From: Lachnospiraceae bacterium
GTDB lineage: Bacteria > Bacillota > Clostridia > Lachnospirales > Lachnospiraceae
Assembly (NCBI GenBank): GCA_017479085.1
Contig: JAFVCQ010000233.1
Location: forward strand, 1 to 50,385
DNA: 50,385 nt
Direction: 5' to 3'
A program made the translations under genes and the position numbers. A model generated the notes under the pieces. The model did not search any database, had not been told where the DNA came from, and worked only from the letters and a program-made list of their open reading frames with translations. Positions 43,363 to 50,385 of this stretch are shown here, one piece after another; the stretch's first letter is position 1; each line of letters starts with the position of its first letter.

Positions 43363-44256
43363 TCATAGTGAGATCAACTCATACTCCGTCACACCAATTC
43401 CCAGAGCCGCTGCTGCCTCTATCGTGTGCTCTCCATTTCTGCTGGTGACACGCTCCATAAAATGCTCTCTTCCGACATCCGTACTCTGCTTTACCAAATC
43501 GATACAGGCACGGTCGATCGCAACCGGATCCGTCGAGATCAGAATACCAATATCCTTCAGACATGGGTCTTCTGCCACTGCACAGCAGTCACAATCCACT
43601 GACATATTAGCCATGACATTGATATAGACGATATTCCCGGCAAAGTGATCCGTGACCGCAGAGGCCGCCTCTGCCATAGATTCCAAAAACGCATCCTGCT
43701 CCGGCAGATCCGTCCAGACCACCGACTGCTCCTCTGCCTTACGGTATTTCCCGGCAGAATGAATGTTGACCTTTCCTGCAGTGGAAGCGCAACCGATCGA
43801 TAGCTGCTTCAGCGCTCCACCGTAGCCCCCCATAGGATGCCCTTTGAAATGTGACAGCACAAGCATGGAATCATAATTGAGAAAATTCTTTCCCATGATA
43901 TCTGACGCGAGATGCCTGCCATTGCGAATCGGTATCTCAACATCCGGGCCTTCCCGATCCATCAGATCCACCTTAAAATACGCATTCCATCCGTGTCTCT
44001 CAATCAAACGGACATGCTTCTCTGTGGAATTGCGCTCACCCTCATAAGCGGTATTACATTCCACAATCGTACCTCCAACACGCTCTACAATCGGTTTCCA
44101 GAATTCAGGACGCAGAAAATTCTGATTCCCCTGTTCTCCGGAATGTACCTTGATTGCAATGTTCCCCTCAAGCTTTTTCCCTAGTTTGTCATACAACTCC
44201 ACCACCTTTTCCGGTGTCATCTCATTCGTAAAGTATACCTTTGATACGGATCCCAT
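43363..44256 (-). CDS. DUF362 domain protein
   Basis: Start at MGSVSKVYFT (SD AAAGGAG). IAIKVHSGEQGN...ECNTAYEG...VLSHFKGHPMGGYGGALKQLSIG fits DUF362. Confidence 0.7.
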   Translation of the reverse strand: MGSVSKVYFTNEMTPEKVVELYDKLGKKLEGNIAIKVHSGEQGNQNFLRPEFWKPIVERVGGTIVECNTAYEGERNSTEKHVRLIERHGWNAYFKVDLMDREGPDVEIPIRNGRHLASDIMGKNFLNYDSMLVLSHFKGHPMGGYGGALKQLSIGCASTAGKVNIHSAGKYRKAEEQSVVWTDLPEQDAFLESMAEAASAVTDHFAGNIVYINVMANMSVDCDCCAVAEDPCLKDIGILISTDPVAIDRACIDLVKQSTDVGREHFMERVTSRNGEHTIEAAAALGIGVTEYELISL

Positions 44257-44369
44257 ACGCTCACTCCTTTTCACATAACTCTTTGTATATTTTAGGTTGT
44301 ATTCCGTGTTCCTATTCTCATGCGTTTGCAATGCCCTTTATTCTCTGTCTTTCCAAAGATTTGATTTTT

Positions 44370-45392
44370 TCATACCTCTACTCTTCCCTCAAGGATTCCT
44401 TTATAATCCTCAAGGTTCTTGCGAAGCAATTCCGGAATCGGAAGCTCATACGGACAACGTCTTAGGCAAGCTCCACAATTCACACACTGCTCTACCTTCA
44501 GCATCTCAGCTTTCCATTCATCCGAGAGCCAGTTTGCGGAAGGAGAACGGCGAATCATCTGAGACATTCTCGCACACTGGTTAATAATGATTCCCACCGT
44601 ACAAGGCGCACAATAACCACAGCCCCTGCAAAACTCCCCAAGAAGTTCCTCCCTGTCTTTGTCAATCAGCTCCTGTATTTCTGTCGTCATTTCCGGCTCA
44701 GCATCGAAGAAACGCAGCCACTCATCCAGTTCGCTTTCTCTCTGTATCCCCCAGATTGGCAAAACCGGATACTGACTCATAAATGCCATACAGGCATCGG
44801 AATGATTGAGCAGGCCTCCGGAAAGCCCCTTCATTGCAATAAAGCCCATCCCTGCTGTCTCACATGACTTCACAAGTTCAATATCACGGTCACTTGCAAG
44901 ATATGAGAACGGAAACTGCAACGTTTCATAAAGTCCGCTCTGCACAATCTCCTCTGCAATGCCGATCTTGTGTGCGGTGATTCCAATATGACGAATCTTT
45001 CCCTGCGCCTTTGCATCCAGCATGGCTTCATACATACCGGTTCCATCACCAGGTGCATAGCACTGCTTTACACAATGGAACTGGTAGATGTCAATGTAAT
45101 CTGTTCGCAGACTTCTAAGAGAGGTTTCCAGATCCTCCCAAAACTTTTCCGGTGTAACTGCCATCGTTTTTGATGCAATATAGATCTTGTCACGCATCCC
45201 TTCAAACGCAGCTCCAAGCTTCTCTTCACTGTCGGAATACGCTCTGGCCGTATCAAAAAATGTCATGCCGCCATCATATGCTTTATGTAAGAGCCTAACC
45301 GCTTCCGATCGATCCACCCGCTGTATTGGCAATGCGCCAAATGCATTCTTTGGTGTAGTGATTCCTGTTTTTCCCAATGTAATTTTTTTCAT
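44370..45392 (-). CDS. Aldo/keto reductase with C-terminal 4Fe-4S ferredoxin-type motifs
   Basis: Start at MKKITLGKTGITTPKNAFGALPIQR. FFDTARAYSDSE and DIYQFH are AKR motifs. CRGCGYCAPC and CVNCGACLRRCP are Fe-S motifs. Confidence 0.85.
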   Translation of the reverse strand: MKKITLGKTGITTPKNAFGALPIQRVDRSEAVRLLHKAYDGGMTFFDTARAYSDSEEKLGAAFEGMRDKIYIASKTMAVTPEKFWEDLETSLRSLRTDYIDIYQFHCVKQCYAPGDGTGMYEAMLDAKAQGKIRHIGITAHKIGIAEEIVQSGLYETLQFPFSYLASDRDIELVKSCETAGMGFIAMKGLSGGLLNHSDACMAFMSQYPVLPIWGIQRESELDEWLRFFDAEPEMTTEIQELIDKDREELLGEFCRGCGYCAPCTVGIIINQCARMSQMIRRSPSANWLSDEWKAEMLKVEQCVNCGACLRRCPYELPIPELLRKNLEDYKGILEGRVEV

Positions 45393-45610
45393 TAGACACA
45401 CCTCTTTTTCCGACTCAGTGACATAGATGTACCAGAAATCCTGCATCTCCATAAAGAAAAAATTCCCCACAGCAAAACCGCAGGGAATTTATCACATATG
45501 CTTCCTATACACACTTATCCTCATCACTGCTTACAAAAAGAATACCATGTTCCATCCTTGATGACAAGTGATTCTATATAAATCAATTGATTTTTCTTCT
45601 GATTCAAAAA

Positions 45611-45651
45611 GGATGCCCGCAGGATGAAGTATTCTCATCCTGTGGACATCC
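45611..45651 (-). terminator. Intrinsic terminator of the sugar ABC operon
   Basis: The minus strand reads ggatgtccacaggatga-N7-tcatcctgcgggcatcc, a ~17-bp stem with 2 G-U/mismatch positions, followed by TTTTTG. It lies 62 nt after the permease stop. Confidence 0.65.
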
Positions 45652-45712
45652 TGTAAAATGTGTATGAAACGGTCTGAAGATATCTCCAGACTGATCTATA
45701 CGATTCCCAACA

Positions 45713-46576
45713 TCATCCTTTGACAGCTCCGGCTGCAACACCTCTGATGATGTATTTCTGGCAAGACAAGTAGAATACAACAATCGGAACGATTGCCAAT
45801 ACCAACATACCCATCATTGCTCCCATATCAATAGATCCATATCCACCCTTCAGATACTGTACAGCGATTGGAATGGTCTTGTAATCACTGTTCAATACCA
45901 AATAAGGCAGAAGATAATCATTCCAGATCCACATAGCCTGCAAAATAGCTACCGTGATCGTTGTCGGCTTCAAAACCGGGAACACAACCAAGAAGAAGGT
46001 CTGAATTGGTGTACAACCATCTAACATAGCAGCTTCTTCCAGGGAAATCGGAATCGATTTGACAAATCCCGCGAACATAAACACTGCCTGACCGGCTCCA
46101 AATCCGATATATACCAGGATAATTCCAACCGGATTACTCAAATGCAACATATCTGCTACCTTTGACAGTGTAAACATAACCATCTGGAATGGCACGATCA
46201 TAGCAAATACAAATACAAAATAGGTCAATGTGGAAAACAGACACTTCACTCTGGTAATCCACCATGCTGTCATCGAGGTTACAAGAATAATCAGGATAAC
46301 AGAAAATACCGTAATAAATACTGAATTCACAGCAGCACTCATGAAATCTGTCTTTGCAATACCATCTACATAATTGCTCATTCCCACAAAGGTCTCACCG
46401 CTCGGAAAAGAGAATGGCTGATCGCTGATATAAAGCTTACTCTTAAACGAATTCAGCAAAACCAGAAAAATAGGATAAAGAAATGCTACCGACAAGACCG
46501 TAAACAGAATTGTCAAAATAAGCCCGGTTGTCTGTGACACATCCATGTCGCTGCTTCTTCCGCCTCTTCTTGCCAT
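45713..46576 (-). CDS. Carbohydrate ABC transporter permease (MalG-like)
   Basis: 6 TM. EAA loop: SLEEAAMLDGCTPIQTFFLVVFPVLKP. The start overlaps the upstream stop (TAATG). Confidence 0.9.
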   Translation of the reverse strand: MARRGGRSSDMDVSQTTGLILTILFTVLSVAFLYPIFLVLLNSFKSKLYISDQPFSFPSGETFVGMSNYVDGIAKTDFMSAAVNSVFITVFSVILIILVTSMTAWWITRVKCLFSTLTYFVFVFAMIVPFQMVMFTLSKVADMLHLSNPVGIILVYIGFGAGQAVFMFAGFVKSIPISLEEAAMLDGCTPIQTFFLVVFPVLKPTTITVAILQAMWIWNDYLLPYLVLNSDYKTIPIAVQYLKGGYGSIDMGAMMGMLVLAIVPIVVFYLSCQKYIIRGVAAGAVKG

Positions 46577-47418
46577 TAGCTCTCCACCTCCTTATTCCGT
46601 GTAAAGTAAAGCTGTGTCAATGAAATCAAACCTACAATTAAAAAGAATATAACTGCTTTTGCCTGACCAACACCCTCCCATCCATTCCGGTTATAGAATG
46701 TTGTATAGATATCCAAAGCCAACATGGATGTCTTTCTGGCCGGTGCGCCGGCAGTCAATGCAAGGTTCTGATCGAACAGCTTAAAGGAATTGGTCAAAGT
46801 TAAGAAGATACAAATTGTGATGGATGACATTACCATCGGAATGGTAATATTAAACAATGCCTGCGCTTTAGATGCACCATCAATCTTTGCTGCTTCAATC
46901 AACTCTAAAGGAATATTCTGAATTCCTGCAATATAGATAATCATCATATAACCGATCATCTGCCAGTTCATCAAAATGATCAAACCCCAGAAACCATACT
47001 TCGGGTCAGATGTAATCGTCACATTCCAATGTGCCAATACCGCGTTGATCATCAGCTGCCAGATATAACCCAGCACGATACCACCGATCAGGTTTGGCAT
47101 AAAGAATACCGTTCTAAAAATACTGGTTCCTTTGATTCCCCTTGTCAAAGCGTATGCAAATGCAAATGCAATCACATTGACAAAGATAACAGACACGACA
47201 GTAAATTTAGTTGTAAACCACAATGCATTTAAGAAATCCTTGTTTGAGAATGCCTTAGCATAGTTTTCAAGTCCAATAAAATGTGCATTGGTAACTGTCG
47301 TAAACTTACAAAACGACAATACAATCCCCAATATGAACGGAACTAAAAAAAACATAACAAAAGCAAGCAGTGTGGGAAGTACAAATATTGGAAAATACTT
47401 CTTATACGCTTTTTGCAT
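46576..47418 (-). CDS. Carbohydrate ABC transporter permease (MalF-like)
   Basis: 6 TM. EAA loop: LIEAAKIDGASKAQALFNITIPMV. Confidence 0.9.
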   Translation of the reverse strand: MQKAYKKYFPIFVLPTLLAFVMFFLVPFILGIVLSFCKFTTVTNAHFIGLENYAKAFSNKDFLNALWFTTKFTVVSVIFVNVIAFAFAYALTRGIKGTSIFRTVFFMPNLIGGIVLGYIWQLMINAVLAHWNVTITSDPKYGFWGLIILMNWQMIGYMMIIYIAGIQNIPLELIEAAKIDGASKAQALFNITIPMVMSSITICIFLTLTNSFKLFDQNLALTAGAPARKTSMLALDIYTTFYNRNGWEGVGQAKAVIFFLIVGLISLTQLYFTRNKEVES

Positions 47419-47543
47419 GGTAACCTCCTTCTAAACAGAAGGTGAACACAGAATGCCTTCTGGATCACCTTCTACCTCTACTCTTTCATACGACAATACA
47501 CTGTCCCCAAACAAGAACCCCGTATCGTCTTTGTACACCCGTA

Positions 47544-48950
47544 TTATTCAGCAATTGCTTCCTTCTCTGTCTTCCACTCTTCAATTGTCTCAGACACAAG
47601 CGCATCCCACTCTTTCTGACCAGTTGCATAATCTAATAACGCATATCCAAGATCATCCTTGAAAGTCTGGCTTGGGAAGCTTGTAAAGTTCCATGAAACA
47701 GATGTCAGACTGGTATCGTTCAGATAACGTGTAATCTCCTTTGCCAATGGATCTGTAGGACCCTCATCATCACCAAATGTTGTGAACGGTGCAATAAATC
47801 CAAGATCATTAGTAACTGCATTCTTACCTTCATCTGAGTTAAATAACCATTCAATAAATGCGATGGTTGCCTTCTGATCCGCCTCAGAAGCCTCAGAGTT
47901 CACAGCGAAGAAGTTCTCTGTACCAACGCAAAGTCCCTGACTCTCTTCTCCGGATACACCAGTATAGATTGGAAGGAACTTCACCTTATCCTCTTTTACA
48001 ACATTACCTTCCACATCGCCTACCTGGCCCCAGCCCCAGTTACCATTCTGAATCATAGCAACCTGACCAAGTGCAAACTCAGACATAGAATCCTGCACTG
48101 TCTTTGAACCTAACATAGATGGTTCTGTACATGAGTTGTTAATATACAGATCAAAAATATTCTTGTACTGCTCATTATAAGAGAATGTAATCTCTTCTTC
48201 ATCTGATACACCTGCATCCTTATACTCATAGTAAATCGGAAGATTCATCAAGTGTGTCTGCCATCTCCAATCCTCTCCAGGTGAGAATGAGGTGGATCCG
48301 AATACACCGTCAATACCAAGATCACCCTTCTTAGCCGTCATATCTTCAACCACTTCTTTGAGCTTGTCAAAGTTGTTGATCTCGTCCATAGAAGTTGCCT
48401 TTGCACCATCTAATGCAAAATACTTCTCCATGATCTCTTCATTATAAATGATACCATAGCCTTCTACTACATAAGGAATACCGTATACGCCGTCTCCATC
48501 TGTAACTGCAAGGCTCTTATCACTCAACCATGAATATAAGTCTGTTCCTGACAGATCCAGACAATAATCCTTCCAGTTCTGATATCCGATCGGGCCATTG
48601 ATCTGGAATAAGGTAGGAGCATCTGACTTTGCAATCTCAGACTTCAATGTCTGCTCATAGGTTCCGGAAGCTGCTGTCACAACCTTAACAGGAACACCTG
48701 TCTCCTCTGTGTACTTCGCTGCAATTGCCTCCCACTGCTCAGCCTGCTCCGGCTTGAAACTCAGATAATAAACAGATCCGTCACCACTGTCTGCACTGCT
48801 TGATGAATCATCTGAGTCAGAACTTGCGTCAGAACTGCTACTGTCAGAACTGCCTGTGCTGCCGGTATCAGAGCTTCCGCCACCACAACCAACCAATCCT
48901 GCAACCATGGAAGCTGCCAGTAAAGCTGCTACTAATTTTTTCTTTCTCAT
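47544..48950 (-). CDS. ABC transporter extracellular solute-binding lipoprotein (family 1, sugar-type)
   Basis: Lipoprotein signal MRKKKLVAALLAASMVAGLVGC, then a Ser/Asp-rich linker and an SBP_bac_1-like body. No ATPase gene is in the operon, as is common for MsmK-type shared ATPases. Confidence 0.85.
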   Translation of the reverse strand: MRKKKLVAALLAASMVAGLVGCGGGSSDTGSTGSSDSSSSDASSDSDDSSSSADSGDGSVYYLSFKPEQAEQWEAIAAKYTEETGVPVKVVTAASGTYEQTLKSEIAKSDAPTLFQINGPIGYQNWKDYCLDLSGTDLYSWLSDKSLAVTDGDGVYGIPYVVEGYGIIYNEEIMEKYFALDGAKATSMDEINNFDKLKEVVEDMTAKKGDLGIDGVFGSTSFSPGEDWRWQTHLMNLPIYYEYKDAGVSDEEEITFSYNEQYKNIFDLYINNSCTEPSMLGSKTVQDSMSEFALGQVAMIQNGNWGWGQVGDVEGNVVKEDKVKFLPIYTGVSGEESQGLCVGTENFFAVNSEASEADQKATIAFIEWLFNSDEGKNAVTNDLGFIAPFTTFGDDEGPTDPLAKEITRYLNDTSLTSVSWNFTSFPSQTFKDDLGYALLDYATGQKEWDALVSETIEEWKTEKEAIAE

Positions 48951-49200
48951 GTTTCATTTCTCCTTTTCTTCATATATTGCTATACGTTACTCACATCAGG
49001 AATGATCACCTTGCCACTGCCAAGGATTTTCCCAAAATGCTAGTACAATTATAACCCCATTTACTATAAAATGCAATCTTTTTTTTGCGTTTTTTGTGCA
49101 AAAATACCAACAACTGGTCGATCTACCATCTTGCACTCTTATGTAATTCATGCTAAACTACTCAAAAGTCACATATTTCAACACAGGAGGAATCTTCAAC

Positions 49201-49701
49201 ATGCAGACCATAGAAATCTTAGATATCAAACCCTTTATGCAGTTACTCCTTCAGACCGATGAACTCGATGCATATGAACTGGTATCTGCACAGCTTCGTA
49301 CCGATATGTTCTATACATTAGACGGTCATATTCAACCGGAATTCTTTTCACCACAGGAAAAAGATGAACTCCAGCTCACCGATCTGGTCTATCTTCCATG
49401 GCAGTTTGCCAAAGAGCGGATGTTTGCTCTGATTCGCGGGAAGAAAACCCCATCCCTTCTCAGGATTATACTCAAATCGAACAACCGGCACATCCATTCT
49501 CTGCTGTGTGCTACTCATTCATCCCTACAACCGCAGGATATTGATGGTATGTTCCTAAACATCCTGTTTCAGGACAAGCACCTGCATATCACCTGTGGAA
49601 TCTCCTACCACATTTTTACACAAGACAAAACATTAGAGGACGAATTCACCCAACAGACTCTTGCATTGTTACGCTCCCGCCAAATTACCTTTCTCTCGTA
49701 A
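49201..49701 (+). CDS. Hypothetical protein upstream of htpG
   Basis: ATG 49201 is preceded by AGGAGG (10-nt spacer). 166 aa. I recognise no motif. Confidence 0.5.
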   Translation: MQTIEILDIKPFMQLLLQTDELDAYELVSAQLRTDMFYTLDGHIQPEFFSPQEKDELQLTDLVYLPWQFAKERMFALIRGKKTPSLLRIILKSNNRHIHSLLCATHSSLQPQDIDGMFLNILFQDKHLHITCGISYHIFTQDKTLEDEFTQQTLALLRSRQITFLS

Positions 49702-49755
49702 TTCAGAAGGAATTGCCAGTAGACAATTGTCGGAATAATTGCGAACAACAATTTG

Positions 49756-49782
49756 TTAGCACTCATTTTAGATGAGTGCTAA
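49756..49782. promoter_or_regulatory. CIRCE element (HrcA operator), perfect consensus
   Basis: TTAGCACTC-attttagat-GAGTGCTAA equals the CIRCE consensus TTAGCACTC-N9-GAGTGCTAA with no mismatch. It is followed by a T-run, so it may also terminate the upstream gene. Confidence 0.85.
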
Positions 49783-49789
49783 TTTTTTC

Positions 49790-49818
49790 TTGACATTTTT
49801 TTTCCTATATACTATGAT
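49790..49818 (+). promoter_or_regulatory. Sigma-70-type promoter of htpG
   Basis: TTGACA (49790-49795), a 17-nt spacer, then TATGAT (49813-49818), about 60 nt upstream of the htpG ATG. Confidence 0.6.
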
Positions 49819-49878
49819 AATATCCATATCAGAAATTGATACTTTAAAATACAGCATTTATAAAAGGAGATGTTTTTT

Positions 49879-50385
49879 ATGGCAACAGAACAAAAAGGCA
49901 ACTTATCCATTAACAGTGAGAATATCTTTCCAATCATTAAAAAATGGTTATATTCCGATCACGATATCTTCATCCGTGAGGTGGTATCCAATGCCTGCGA
50001 TGCAGTTACAAAGCTTCGCAAGCTGGCACTGATTGGTGAATTCGAGGAAAGCAATGACACTCCATACCGCATTGACGTCATTGCCAGCGCAAAGGACAAG
50101 ACTCTTACCTTTATTGATAACGGAATCGGTATGACTGCCGATGAGGTCAACGAGTATATCAATCAGATTGCATTTTCCGGTGCCTCTGATTTTTTGGAGA
50201 AATACAAGGATAAGGCAACAGATGATCAGATCATCGGACATTTTGGATTGGGCTTTTACTCTACCTTCATGGTGGCAGACAAGGTAACCATCAACACCCT
50301 GTCCTATCAGGAGGGAGCAGAACCGGTATTCTGGGAATGTGATGGCGGTACGGAATACAGTATGTCTGTTGGCGACCGCAGTGTA
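49879..50385 (+). CDS. htpG: Molecular chaperone HtpG (Hsp90), N-terminal part, runs off the window
   Basis: Not in the ORF track because there is no stop within the window. SD AAAGGAGA. MATEQKGNLSINSENIFPIIKKWLYSDHDIFIREVVSNACDAVTKLRKLA...FIDNGIGMTADEV...IGHFGLGFYSTFMVADKV is the Hsp90 GHKL ATPase domain. Confidence 0.9.
   Translation, partial: MATEQKGNLSINSENIFPIIKKWLYSDHDIFIREVVSNACDAVTKLRKLALIGEFEESNDTPYRIDVIASAKDKTLTFIDNGIGMTADEVNEYINQIAFSGASDFLEKYKDKATDDQIIGHFGLGFYSTFMVADKVTINTLSYQEGAEPVFWECDGGTEYSMSVGDRSV

Noticed and set aside
47438-47472. The inverted repeat gaaggtga...tcaccttc between the solute-binding protein gene and the first permease gene, as a terminator.
   Set aside because: The stem is short, the loop is long and there is no T-run. 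It is more likely an mRNA-stabilising intercistronic hairpin of the kind common in ABC importer operons, and is not annotated.

Overview
About 50 kb of a Firmicutes-type chromosome, probably a Clostridia/Lachnospiraceae-like gut organism. The clues are BspA-type LRR and DUF6273 secreted proteins, two 'AAA-ATPase-like/PDDEXK_9' genes, GGAGG Shine-Dalgarno sites and a perfect CIRCE operator in front of htpG. Almost all genes are on the minus strand.

The right part (31-50 kb) looks ordinary:
- MalY/PatB C-S lyase, DUF3737, MFS transporter and an AraC regulator
- an RR-HK-RR two-component locus and an ECF sigma/anti-sigma pair
- DUF362, an Fe-S aldo/keto reductase, a sugar ABC importer, and the start of htpG

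The left 31 kb is a patchwork of accessory DNA:
- 0-1.3 kb: a decayed ABC ATPase gene with a GntR gene lying between its pieces.
- 3-8.4 kb: an LRR surface protein, a Hanks Ser/Thr kinase, a LytTR-FHA fusion and a Zn-ribbon-FHA protein behind one good promoter.
- 8.5-18.1 kb: a gene graveyard bracketed by a 68-bp direct repeat. It holds a frameshifted KilA-N gene, a split hydrolase, an hsdR remnant, a truncated WYL regulator and an IS200 copy with a broken tnpA.
- 30.3-31.7 kb: a MuF-toxin remnant bracketed by a 134-bp duplication of part of the lyase gene.

The standout is a compact four-gene minus-strand operon at 20.57-27.40 kb, bracketed by imperfect direct repeats. It encodes:
1. a TIR-domain protein with two DUF4357-like modules
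2. a PDDEXK_4-like nuclease
3. a DUF2779 protein (Cas4-like nuclease plus DEDD-type exonuclease)
4. an HD phosphohydrolase fused to RyR-like repeats

This combination does not match any named defence system I recognise. I propose it as a candidate new TIR-based anti-phage system.

All domain calls are motif recognition by eye from the translations. No searches were run. Several frameshifts sit in homopolymer runs and could be assembly errors.
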